NCBI GenBank assembly: GCA_963833095.1
Contig: CAWHWQ010000002.1
Span: 32,001 to 96,000 of the forward strand
Length of the DNA: 64,000 nucleotides
Source of the DNA: Vulcanimicrobiota bacterium
Lineage (GTDB): Bacteria; Vulcanimicrobiota; Vulcanimicrobiia; Vulcanimicrobiales; Vulcanimicrobiaceae
Direction: 5' to 3'
This document shows, in pieces, positions 30,094-39,161 of the stretch. The notes under the pieces were generated by a model. It was not told the origin of the DNA, made no database searches, and saw nothing but the letters and a program-made list of their open reading frames with translations. How positions within the stretch are numbered: the stretch's first letter is position 1; every line of letters begins with the position of its first letter. Position numbers and translations under genes: made by a program.

Positions 30094-30130
30094 CGAGGCG
30101 TCGCAGTAATGCGACGCCTCGTTCTTTCTC
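30094..30130 (+). terminator. Intrinsic terminator between convergent peptidase genes
   Basis: Perfect 12-bp stem CGAGGCGTCGCA-GTAA-TGCGACGCCTCG followed by TTCTTTCTC. Confidence 0.75.
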
Positions 30131-32068
30131 TTAGCGTAAGTACTTGTCGAACCAGCCGACCGTGCGCGTCAGAATATCGATTTGATTCTTGGGCTGACGC
30201 GGGCCGTGGCCCTCGTCGGCGTACACGACAAGTTGCGAGGGCACGCCGAGTGTTTGCATGGCGTGATAGAACTCGAAGGCCTGCGGCGCCGGCACTTCTT
30301 CGTCACGCTCGCCTTGAAGGATCAGAATCGGCGTGTGCGAGTTCTTGATGAACGTGATCGGTGAACTCTTCGCGTAGACCGCGGGATCGTCGTAGACCGA
30401 GGCGCCGAAGAACGGGATCATCCACTGATCGATCTTGTTTTGGCCGTAGTACGACTGCCAGTTCACGATGCCGGCGCCGCCCACGATCGCCTTGAAGCGC
30501 GTCGTCTGCGTCTCGGCCCACATCGCCATATAACCGCCATAGCTCCATCCGAACAGTCCGAGGCGATTCGGATCGATCGGCGCAGTGGCAATCGCGGCGT
30601 CGAGGCCGGCGAGATCGTCGCGCCAATCGCCGTAGCCGAAGTCCTTGATATTTGCCCGCGTAAACCCTTCGCCTTGGCCGTAGCTGCCGCGCGGATTGGG
30701 CTCATACACGAAGTAGCCGCGCGCGGTAAGCGCCGCGACGAAGCGATAGTCATACGACGGCGTCCATTCCGACGACGGGCCGCCGTGAATGAGCGCGATC
30801 ATCGGATACTTCTTGGCCGGATCGTATTGCAGTGGATAAATCAGCCAGCCTTGCACGGTGTATGGATCGCTCTTCCACGTGAGCGAGACCGCTTTGCCGT
30901 AGAGCTTTGGCACGCCGGCGTTAGCTTTGGTCACCTGACGGAGACTTGTCGGTATTCCCGCCCAGATTTCGGACGGCGTTGCAAACGACGTGCGCACGAG
31001 CGCAATCTGCGAACCGTTCTTCGCGATCGTCAGGCTGCGTAACGATTCTTCTCCGGCAAGCAGCGTGGTCGTCGAACCGCTGCGCGGATCCAGGTCGAGC
31101 AGATGCAACGCGCCGAGCACATGAGCTACGAGGACGATCCGGTTGGCCTGAATCCAATGCAAATCGGCAACGTTGAAGTTCGCATCCGGCGTGACGTCGC
31201 GCGAATCGCCGGTCTTCGCGTTGACGACATAGACGTCGCCGCCAACCGGCCCGAAATCGCTCATCAGCCCGCCGACGATTGCGATCTGCGTACCGTCGGG
31301 CGACCATTGCGGATCGTTGATTTGAAATGTTGGCGCGAGCAAGTCGTGCATCGCACCGCCACTCGCGGGCACAGTCGCAAGTTTGGCCACCCACCAGTTG
31401 TTGTCGCCGTTACCGCGCGCATACGTGCAGGCGAAGCGCGCCGAATCCGGCGACCACGCGTATTCGTAGACGTAGTCGGCACTCGGCGTTACCAGCGTGA
31501 CGGCGCCGGTTGCGGCATCGACGGTCGCGATCTGCTGTTCATCGGTCACGGTGCCGATCACACCGACGTCGCGTGCGCCGGCTGCAAGCGCGCCGGCCAT
31601 GCGATGCGGATGCGCGATGTAGAGAAACGCGAGGTGCTTCCCGTCGGGCGACCAGGTGAGACGCTGCGGAAGGCCGCCGAGAGCCGCCAGAAGACGAACG
31701 TTCCTGCCGTTTGCGTCGGCAACGTACAAGGACGGGCGTTCTTTGGTGCGCGCGTCGGCAAGAAATGCGAGTCGCGTCCCGTCGGGCGACCACGCCGGAA
31801 AGGTCGCTTCGGCCGGTGACGCACCGGCGGCAATCAATTGCGTCCGCCGATGGGTAATGAGACTTTCGACCCATACGCTGTTGGCATGATGAAGCGTTTG
31901 TCCCCACGCGACGCGTGTGCCGTCCGGCGCGATCGCGACATTACTGTAATCGGTGAGATTCTCGGTGATGCGCAAGACATCGCGCATCGAGGGCGCGGCC
32001 TGCGCGAACGGTGTGCACGTGAGAGTTAACGCTAACATGAGCGCTGCGGAACGAAGGCTTAACGTCAT
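30131..32068 (-). CDS. Secreted S9 family peptidase
   Basis: Signal peptide, WSPDG repeats, IHGGP, GWSYGG, GERDEEV, DEGHG. Confidence 0.92.
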   Translation of the reverse strand: MTLSLRSAALMLALTLTCTPFAQAAPSMRDVLRITENLTDYSNVAIAPDGTRVAWGQTLHHANSVWVESLITHRRTQLIAAGASPAEATFPAWSPDGTRLAFLADARTKERPSLYVADANGRNVRLLAALGGLPQRLTWSPDGKHLAFLYIAHPHRMAGALAAGARDVGVIGTVTDEQQIATVDAATGAVTLVTPSADYVYEYAWSPDSARFACTYARGNGDNNWWVAKLATVPASGGAMHDLLAPTFQINDPQWSPDGTQIAIVGGLMSDFGPVGGDVYVVNAKTGDSRDVTPDANFNVADLHWIQANRIVLVAHVLGALHLLDLDPRSGSTTTLLAGEESLRSLTIAKNGSQIALVRTSFATPSEIWAGIPTSLRQVTKANAGVPKLYGKAVSLTWKSDPYTVQGWLIYPLQYDPAKKYPMIALIHGGPSSEWTPSYDYRFVAALTARGYFVYEPNPRGSYGQGEGFTRANIKDFGYGDWRDDLAGLDAAIATAPIDPNRLGLFGWSYGGYMAMWAETQTTRFKAIVGGAGIVNWQSYYGQNKIDQWMIPFFGASVYDDPAVYAKSSPITFIKNSHTPILILQGERDEEVPAPQAFEFYHAMQTLGVPSQLVVYADEGHGPRQPKNQIDILTRTVGWFDKYLR

Positions 32069-32166
32069 GCGGCCGGTGATACGCCCGACAACTCGCGATA
32101 GCATGCTACAGTCGACCAAGCGGACACAACACGCAACGCGGCCTATACATTTATCAATAGGCTGTA

Positions 32167-32196
32167 TTGACATATGCTTGGTAAACTTTGTATAAG
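32167..32196 (+). promoter_or_regulatory. Sigma70-type promoter of aceAB
   Basis: TTGACA-18 nt-TATAAG in an AT-rich intergenic region. Confidence 0.55.
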
Positions 32197-32286
32197 GGTA
32201 TATCAGTCCAAGGATCAAATGCAAGCCATCCAATTGCACCGATCCAATAACTGAAATGCACGATCCAATTCGCGAAGGAGCTTCAG

Positions 32287-33558
32287 GTGAGCACGCACGA
32301 ACGCTGGGCCGGTATCGAACGCCCCTACTCCCCCGCCGAGGTCCGTAAACTTCAAGGGAGCGTTGTCATCGAACAGACGCTTGCGCGTCTGGGCGCGGAG
32401 CGCTTCTGGGCACTCCTCCAAGAGCCGCAGGCGACGGCCGGGCTCGGAACCATGACCGGCGGCCAAGCCGTGCAAGCCGCAAAGGCCGGGCTCAAAGTGA
32501 TTTATTGTAGCGGCTGGCAAGTTGCCGCCGATGCGAATAGCTCGGGGAATGTCTATCCGGATCAGAGCCTTTACCCGGTCAACAGCGTGCCGCAACTCGT
32601 CAAACGGATCAATAGCGCACTGCAGCGCTACGATCAGGTCGAGACCGTTGAAGGGCGCGGGACGCCGGAGAATTATCTGCCGATCGTCGCTGACGCGGAA
32701 GCCGGATTCGGCGGACCGCTCAATGTTTTCGAGCTCACCAAAGCTCTGATCGAAGCCGGCGCCGCCGGCGTGCACTTGGAAGACCAGCTCAGCTCGGAGA
32801 AAAAGTGCGGCCATCTCGGCGGCAAAGTGCTCATTCCGACACAGCAAGCCGTGCGTCACTTGATCGCAGCGCGCCTTGCAGCCGACGTGCTCGATGTGCC
32901 GACAATCATCATCGCGCGCACCGACGCACAAGCGGCGACGTTGATAACCAGCGACATCGACCCGCTCGATCGTCAGTTCATCACTGGCGAACGGACCCCC
33001 GAAGGCTTCTTCCGTACCCGCGAAGGCGTCGATGCCTGCATCGCCCGCGGTCTAGCCTACGCGCCCTATGCCGATCTGCTCTGGATGGAGACCTCCGAGC
33101 CGGACATCGAGGTCGCGCGCGCCTTCGCCAAAGCGATCCACGCGAAGTTCCCGGGCAAGCTGCTCGCTTACAACTGCTCGCCCTCGTTCAATTGGAAGAA
33201 GAAGCTCGACGACGCATCGATCGCCGCCTATCGCGACGAGCTCAACGCACTGGGTTACAAGTTCCAGTTCATCACGCTAGCCGGCTTCCACGCCCTCAAC
33301 TACAGCTTCTTCGAGCTGGCCCGGGACTTCAAGGAGCGCGGAATGTCGGCCTACGCCGAGTTCCAGCAACTCGAATTCGCGGCCGAATCGCTCGGTTATA
33401 CCGCCACGCGCCATCAGCGCGAGGTGGGAACGGGTTACTTTGACGAAGTGGCGCAGACGATCAGCGAGGGTCAATCCTCGACGACCGCGCTGCACGGTTC
33501 GACCGAAGCCGAGCAGTTCTATAGCAACGGTCATGCCAATGAGGTTGTGAGCGTCTAA
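32287..33558 (+). CDS. aceA: Isocitrate lyase
   Basis: [29 protein letters not shown]. Confidence 0.97.
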   Translation: MSTHERWAGIERPYSPAEVRKLQGSVVIEQTLARLGAERFWALLQEPQATAGLGTMTGGQAVQAAKAGLKVIYCSGWQVAADANSSGNVYPDQSLYPVNSVPQLVKRINSALQRYDQVETVEGRGTPENYLPIVADAEAGFGGPLNVFELTKALIEAGAAGVHLEDQLSSEKKCGHLGGKVLIPTQQAVRHLIAARLAADVLDVPTIIIARTDAQAATLITSDIDPLDRQFITGERTPEGFFRTREGVDACIARGLAYAPYADLLWMETSEPDIEVARAFAKAIHAKFPGKLLAYNCSPSFNWKKKLDDASIAAYRDELNALGYKFQFITLAGFHALNYSFFELARDFKERGMSAYAEFQQLEFAAESLGYTATRHQREVGTGYFDEVAQTISEGQSSTTALHGSTEAEQFYSNGHANEVVSV

Positions 33559-33559
33559 C

Positions 33560-35032
33560 ATGAACGTAGCCCCAGCAGGATTCGCCGTCGAGCGAGACCT
33601 GCCGGCTGGGTTCGCGGAGTTCTATTTTCCGCTGCACGAACGGTTCACACCGGAGCAGCAACGTCTTGCACACGCGCGAGCCGCTCAGCTCGCGCGCGCG
33701 CATAACGGCGATCTCCCGAACTATTTGCCGGCATCGCAAGCCACCACCACCGACTGGCGCATCGAGTTGCCCGCGTGGTGTCAAGATCAACGCAACCAGA
33801 TGACTGGTCCCGCAGACGACGCGGAACTGGTTGTTAAGTTGCTCAACTCGGGCGCGCCCGGCGTGATGCTCGATCTCGAAGATTCGATCGCCAACACGTG
33901 GGAGCATCTGATGCTCGGCCAAGACAATCTCGTGGCCGCGCTATATGGCGAGTTGACCTACGACGATAAGAAGCGCGGCAAAACCGTCGGCATCAACCAG
34001 GGCACAACCGTCGTGTGGAATCGCGTGCGCGGCCTACACATGTCGCAAGCCGGGCTGCTCGCAGGCGATGAACTGACCAGCGCGTCGCTCTTCGACACCG
34101 CGCTGCTCGCCTATCGCCTGGATTACGACCGTCTCAAGCATCCTCTATGCATCTATATTCCCAAATCGGAATCGGCGGAAGAGGCGCTGTGGTGGAAGGA
34201 TCTTTTCGACGCAATCATCGCTGCAAAGGGTTGGAAGCCGGGCTCGATCAAGGCGATGGCGCTGATCGAAGCATTTCCGATCGCGTACGAAATGGAAGAG
34301 TTTCTTTTCAACCTGCGCGACTATATTCTGGGCTTAAATCTCGGTCGCTGGGATTACATGGCGAGCCTTGCGCATTTCAATCTCAACGATCCGAATTGGC
34401 TCTTGCCCGATCGCAATACGATTCCGTTCGACGTGCCCTTCTTCCAGAATCTGCGCACGTTGATGCCGGAGATCACGCACAAGCACGGCGCGTTCGCGAT
34501 CGGCGGCATGACCGCGCTCTTCCCGGATCGCAGCAACCCCGAGCTCAACGCGCGCGCGCTCGAGGTTCTCGAACGCGACAAGAAAAACGAAGCGAGCTGC
34601 CTCATGGACGGCGCCTGGACGGGTCATCCCGATCAGAACGAAATCGCCGTGGCGCAATTCCCGTTTCCAAATCAACTCGAGCGGCGCCCGAAGCTGGAGA
34701 CGGTGCATCCCGACTTGCGGCCGGCACCAAAGGGCGTCGGCAAACTGACACTCGACGGCACGCGCGCTGCCGTGCGGACCGTCATTCGGTATCGCCACGG
34801 CGTGCTCAACGGACTCGGCGCGAGTCTGCTCGACGGCTACATGGAAGATCTGGCCACCGACCGCATCTATCGCGTGATGATCGCGCAGCGCTTGCGCTTC
34901 CCGGGCCCCTACACACCGCCCTCGCTCTCGCAGATCTTCGATGAAGAGACGGCCAAACTCGGACCTGAATATCAGCGCGCGCGCGAACTCTCCGAACAGA
35001 TGATTCTGACCGGAGCGTTCGACCCGACATAG
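33560..35032 (+). CDS. aceB: Malate synthase (short type)
   Basis: LNSGA..MLDLEDS, GLNLGRWDY, AIGGM, DGAWTGHP, MEDLAT; adjacent to aceA. Confidence 0.9.
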   Translation: MNVAPAGFAVERDLPAGFAEFYFPLHERFTPEQQRLAHARAAQLARAHNGDLPNYLPASQATTTDWRIELPAWCQDQRNQMTGPADDAELVVKLLNSGAPGVMLDLEDSIANTWEHLMLGQDNLVAALYGELTYDDKKRGKTVGINQGTTVVWNRVRGLHMSQAGLLAGDELTSASLFDTALLAYRLDYDRLKHPLCIYIPKSESAEEALWWKDLFDAIIAAKGWKPGSIKAMALIEAFPIAYEMEEFLFNLRDYILGLNLGRWDYMASLAHFNLNDPNWLLPDRNTIPFDVPFFQNLRTLMPEITHKHGAFAIGGMTALFPDRSNPELNARALEVLERDKKNEASCLMDGAWTGHPDQNEIAVAQFPFPNQLERRPKLETVHPDLRPAPKGVGKLTLDGTRAAVRTVIRYRHGVLNGLGASLLDGYMEDLATDRIYRVMIAQRLRFPGPYTPPSLSQIFDEETAKLGPEYQRARELSEQMILTGAFDPT

Positions 35033-35060
35033 ACGGTTCGGCCAGCCGCATCGTGCGGCT
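35028..35060 (+). repeat. Post-stop hairpin repeat, copy 2
   Basis: CATAGACGGTTCGGCCAGCCGCATCGTGCGGCT. Confidence 0.6.
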
Positions 35061-35064
35061 CAGA

Positions 35065-35418
35065 CTAGCGCTTCTTCGCGGCCTTTTTCTTGCGGGTTGC
35101 CGCCGCCTTTTTCGCCGACTTTTTGCGATCGGCGGCGGTACGCCCGGTTTTGGGCTTCGTTCCAAGGTCCTTCACCGACGATTCGCTCATCTCGACGCCA
35201 TAATGCTTGGCCGCTTTTTTGATGTTCGCGAAGGCCAGTTCCCGATCGCTTGACGACACCTCGGTTAACTGATCGAACCGCGCGATGGCGTTGCGCACGT
35301 GCTTCTCATCGGTCAACGGCTCTTTGCGCTCCTTGGGGAACGCGAAGACGCTGTTGGGAAGATCGCTCCGCTTGGTCAGTACGCCGTGTTTTTCATGGGG
35401 TTTCCAAGTCGCTCTCAT
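35065..35418 (-). CDS. DUF6582-like protein with Lys/Ala-rich tail
   Basis: FAFPKERKEPLTDEKHVRNAIARFDQ; tail KKSAKKAAATRKKKAAKKR. Confidence 0.75.
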   Translation of the reverse strand: MRATWKPHEKHGVLTKRSDLPNSVFAFPKERKEPLTDEKHVRNAIARFDQLTEVSSSDRELAFANIKKAAKHYGVEMSESSVKDLGTKPKTGRTAADRKKSAKKAAATRKKKAAKKR

Positions 35419-35642
35419 TCATGTTTCTTTCCCAATTCATGCCACGACTTCTCACTCACATGGACACCGTACTGTTGCGCGGCTTTAAGGATGTTCGCCC
35501 AGGCGAGGTCTCGGTCGCTGTCTGAGACGCCTTGCACTTGATCGAAGCGCGCGATTGCACTGCGCACATGGTTTGCATCGGTCAACGGTTCTTTGCGTTG
35601 CGTGGGAAAAGCATATTCATTTTCGGGCCACGTCGTTTGCAT
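35415..35642 (-). CDS. DUF6582-like protein, short paralogue
   Basis: YAFPTQRKEPLTDANHVRSAIARFDQ; ATGA-coupled to the next gene. Confidence 0.75.
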   Translation of the reverse strand: MQTTWPENEYAFPTQRKEPLTDANHVRSAIARFDQVQGVSDSDRDLAWANILKAAQQYGVHVSEKSWHELGKKHE

Positions 35643-36870
35643 TGCTCAGTTCCTCCCGGCGAGAAGTGAGGTAGTCGCGTACCGAAGGGTCGATCGTCAG
35701 GCCCAGCGCGCGTTCGTAGGCAGCGCGGGCTTGCTCCACTTCATTGCAACTCGCGAGCATATCGGCGCGCGTCGCCCAGTACGGTTGATAGCTTATCATG
35801 CGTGAGTCCGTTGCGAACACCTCGAGTGCCTCAAGACCGGCGCGCGCGCCCCGGCTGCGCCCCAGTGCGACCGCACGATTGAGCGCGACGACCGGCGAGC
35901 CGGTGACGTGCAACAGCGCATCATAGAATAGGACGATCGCGCTCCAGTCCGGCTCGCGCCCGAGTCGCCGCACCGCGTGCGCGGATTGGATCGCCGCCTC
36001 GAGCTGATAACGCCCGGGGCGAAGCGCATGCGAAGCTCGCGCCAGTAGCGCTTCTGCTTCGTCAATCATGGGGCCGTCCCACCGCGTGGCGTCCTGCGCG
36101 TCGAGCGGAACGTATGCGCGCGCGCGATCCCGCCGGGCTCGACGACGCGCGTGCGCGTGCAGCATCAGTGCAAGCAGCCCGCTTGCTTCGGGCTCATCCG
36201 GACACGCAACGGCAACGAGCCGGCCGAGCCAAATCGCTTCCCGCGCGAGCCCCCGCGTTTCCGGATCGGTTTCGCTTGGATCGTCCCAGCCTTGCCCAAA
36301 GGTTACGTAGATCGCCGCCAGCACCGCATCGAGCCGCTCCGGGAACTCCTCGGCAAACGGCACGGTGAGCGGAATACCGGCGCCGGCAATTTTGCGTTTC
36401 GCGCGCACCAGCCGTTGGCTCATCGTCGCCGGCGCGACGAGAAACGCTGACGCAATGCGCGCCGCATCAAAGCCCAACACCACCTGGAGCATCAACGGTG
36501 CGCGAATCTCCCCGGCGATTGCCGGATGCGCGCACGCGAAGAGCATCCCGATGCGCTCGTCAACCGGCTGCGGGCTCGTCTCGTACGCCGTTTGCGCGAT
36601 ACGCGCAACATGCGCGACGCGCTCGAGCGCAAGCGTTTCCCTTCGCCGGCGCCGGAGGCCGTCGAGCGCGCGATTGCGCGCGACCACCGAGAGCCACGCT
36701 TCGGGCCGTCGCGGCACACCTTCGATCGGCCAACGTTCGAGCGCCGCGGCGAACGCATCGGCTAATGCGTCCTCCGCGACGTCGAGACCGCAGCGAGAAG
36801 CGAGATACGCGAGCAGCTTTCCGTAGCTTTCGCGCGCGGCGCGTTCTACGCTCGAACCGGCAGTTCCCAA
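35617..36870 (-). CDS. ECF42-type sigma factor with C-terminal TPR extension
   Basis: AEDALADAF, WPIEGVP, LFACAHPAI, QRLVRAK, YQLEAAIQ, VVALNRAVA; directly downstream of a YciI gene. Confidence 0.88.
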   Translation of the reverse strand: MGTAGSSVERAARESYGKLLAYLASRCGLDVAEDALADAFAAALERWPIEGVPRRPEAWLSVVARNRALDGLRRRRRETLALERVAHVARIAQTAYETSPQPVDERIGMLFACAHPAIAGEIRAPLMLQVVLGFDAARIASAFLVAPATMSQRLVRAKRKIAGAGIPLTVPFAEEFPERLDAVLAAIYVTFGQGWDDPSETDPETRGLAREAIWLGRLVAVACPDEPEASGLLALMLHAHARRRARRDRARAYVPLDAQDATRWDGPMIDEAEALLARASHALRPGRYQLEAAIQSAHAVRRLGREPDWSAIVLFYDALLHVTGSPVVALNRAVALGRSRGARAGLEALEVFATDSRMISYQPYWATRADMLASCNEVEQARAAYERALGLTIDPSVRDYLTSRREELSNANDVARK

Positions 36871-37208
36871 ATTGGCCGCACCTCAACAGTGCCGTGACTT
36901 GCACCCGGACAACGCGCCGCCCACTTGAGCGCCTCGTCGAGATTCGAGACGTCGACCATATAGTAGCCGCCGAGCTGCTCCTTCGATTCGATGTACGGGC
37001 CGTCGAGGACCGTTGTTTTGCCGCTGGGATCGACGCGCACTTGCGTCGACTCGGTTGCAGGCTTAAGCCGGTCGCTGCCGACATAGACACCAGCGTCTTG
37101 GAGCGCTTGCGTGTAGGCCATGTAAGACTCGAGCGCGGCCTGGCTCTGCTCTGGGGTGAGCGCTTCGAACCCGGCCGGATCGCTGAATAGGTGAAAAATG
37201 TATCGCAT
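36846..37208 (-). CDS. YciI/DGPF family protein
   Basis: DGPYIESKEQLGGYY, VEVRP. Confidence 0.92.
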   Translation of the reverse strand: MRYIFHLFSDPAGFEALTPEQSQAALESYMAYTQALQDAGVYVGSDRLKPATESTQVRVDPSGKTTVLDGPYIESKEQLGGYYMVDVSNLDEALKWAARCPGASHGTVEVRPIWELPVRA

Positions 37209-37233
37209 AGTGGTGATTCCTCCTCGGCACTAT

Positions 37234-37260
37234 GACGTCCGGGGATCGGCGATTTCGACA
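37234..37260 (-). promoter_or_regulatory. ECF42 autoregulatory promoter
   Basis: Minus strand TGTCGA-17 nt-CGTC, matching the known ECF42 -35 TGTCGA / -10 CG(A/T)C consensus, upstream of the GAGGAGG RBS. Confidence 0.75.
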
Positions 37261-37342
37261 TTTCACGCCGCTCGCCCGCGAAATCGTCCCGCTCGTCATC
37301 GACCGGTTGACCGGCCCGGCCATCCCAAGGTATGACGGGAGC

Positions 37343-38404
37343 ATGTCTTTCAAGCGTCCCGTCGCGTGGCTTTGGCTCTTCCTCGTCTTTACGGCGATCG
37401 GGATCTTCTTCTCGCTCCACGCCTATCTGAGCGACGGAGCGCCCTCGTCGCTTTCGCTGCACTTCTACTACGAGATGACGGGTGCATACGCCGCGATGGT
37501 CTGGGTGCCAGCCATCGGGTGGCTGACGCACGTTGCCCCCTTTACTCGCTCGACGGTCGCGCGCGCCCTCGCAGCCAACCTCGCGGCCGCCGCCGTGTAC
37601 ACGTTGCTCCACAGCAGCGTCGAACTGCTACTTCGCTTTCCGCTGCAATCCTTCGTTGGTCTGCACTACCCGCTCGCCGACATGGCGCGGACGACCTACA
37701 TTTCCGAGGCGCCGAGCGATCTGGTCTATTACGGCTTCATCGCGGTGTCGCTGTACCTCACGAGCCACTTGCTCGCATCGCGTGAGCTGGAGGCAAAGCT
37801 CGCGCAGGCCCAACTCGAAAATCTGCGCTTACAACTTCAGCCTCACTTCCTTTTCAATACGCTCAATGCGATCTCGTCGGTGATGTACGAAGATGTTGGC
37901 AAAGCGGATCGCATGCTCGCCCAGGTCAGCGACTACATGCGACTCGTGCTGGCATCGGGCGGCGTGGAAGAGATCCCGCTCGACGACGAGCTGCGCATGG
38001 AGCGCATGTACGTTGACATCATGAAGACGCGCCTCGAGCGCAACCTCGCGCTCGACGTGCGCGTCGCCGACGACGCGCAGCGTGCTATGGTCCCGTTCAT
38101 GGTCCTTCAACCGCTGCTCGAGAACAGCATCCGCCACGGTATGGGTTCTGCCCGTACGTCGATCGAGCTGAGCATCGACGTGGCGCGCGCCAACGGATCG
38201 ACCGTGATAAATGTGAGCGACAACGGGCTGGGCTTCGATGCGTCCAAACCCCGCGGCATCGGCCTCTCGAACGTGGCGGCACGGCTTGCCTATCTTTACG
38301 GCTCGCGAGCGCAGTTTGAGATCGGCGAGCGGGCGGGCGGTGGTACCATCGCCACCTTGCGCATGCCGTTTGAAGCCCGCACGGGTGACAAAGAATGCCG
38401 TTAA
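37343..38404 (+). CDS. LytS-type sensor histidine kinase
   Basis: QLQPHFLFNTLNAI, LQPLLENSIRHG, DNGLG, GIGLSNV. Confidence 0.92.
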   Translation: MSFKRPVAWLWLFLVFTAIGIFFSLHAYLSDGAPSSLSLHFYYEMTGAYAAMVWVPAIGWLTHVAPFTRSTVARALAANLAAAAVYTLLHSSVELLLRFPLQSFVGLHYPLADMARTTYISEAPSDLVYYGFIAVSLYLTSHLLASRELEAKLAQAQLENLRLQLQPHFLFNTLNAISSVMYEDVGKADRMLAQVSDYMRLVLASGGVEEIPLDDELRMERMYVDIMKTRLERNLALDVRVADDAQRAMVPFMVLQPLLENSIRHGMGSARTSIELSIDVARANGSTVINVSDNGLGFDASKPRGIGLSNVAARLAYLYGSRAQFEIGERAGGGTIATLRMPFEARTGDKECR

Positions 38405-39147
38405 CCGTCATGATCGCCGACGACGAAACCCCGGCCCGGCGCAAACTCGCGCGCTTTTTGGGCGAACACAACGATGTGGCGGTTGTCGCCGAGGCCTCCA
38501 ACGGCATCGACGCGCTCGATCTGATCGCGATGACGAAGCCCCAGGTGGTCTTTCTCGATATCCACATGCCCGATCTCGACGGCCTCGGTGTGGCCGAAAC
38601 GCTGAGCCGGAGTGAGACGCCCCCGTCGATCGTGTTCGTCACGGCCTTCGACCAGTATGCCGTCAAAGCGTTCGAGATGTCGGCTCTGGACTATCTGCTT
38701 AAACCCTACGACCGCGACCGCTTCGAAGTGGCGCTCGGGCGAGCGCGCGCCTCACTCGACACCAAGCCCGACACGGCAAAGCTCGCCGATACGCTGTCGC
38801 AATTGCGCAAGGAAGAGCAATTCGTACGCCGGCTCTTGATTCCGAACGATGGCCGCTCGTTCTTCGTTGCAGCGCGTGAGATCATGCGCCTGGAAGCCGA
38901 GGGCAACAGCGTCGCCGTGCACACTCCGCGTGGCAAGCAGGCCTTGCGCGCCACGCTCGAGTCCCTCGAATCACGTCTCGACCCCGCGCAGTTTGCGCGC
39001 GTTCATCGATCGCACATCGTGAACATCGACGAAATCGCCGAGATCCATGCGTGGTTCCATGGCGACTACAAGATTCTTATGCGGGACGGAACTGAAATTG
39101 CCTGGAGCCGGCGCTACGCCACCCAACGACCCGATTTGTTAAAGTAA
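38395..39147 (+). CDS. LytTR response regulator
   Basis: FLDIHMP, VTAFDQYA, DYLLKP, FARVHRSHIVN. Confidence 0.95.
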   Translation: MPLTVMIADDETPARRKLARFLGEHNDVAVVAEASNGIDALDLIAMTKPQVVFLDIHMPDLDGLGVAETLSRSETPPSIVFVTAFDQYAVKAFEMSALDYLLKPYDRDRFEVALGRARASLDTKPDTAKLADTLSQLRKEEQFVRRLLIPNDGRSFFVAAREIMRLEAEGNSVAVHTPRGKQALRATLESLESRLDPAQFARVHRSHIVNIDEIAEIHAWFHGDYKILMRDGTEIAWSRRYATQRPDLLK

Positions 39148-39161
39148 AAGGAGTACGCACC

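Noticed and set aside
32214..32270. CRISPR-like array from short direct repeats
   Set aside because: Repeats are 7 bp with 7-14 bp gaps and no cas genes are present; no CRISPR array was seen anywhere in the window.
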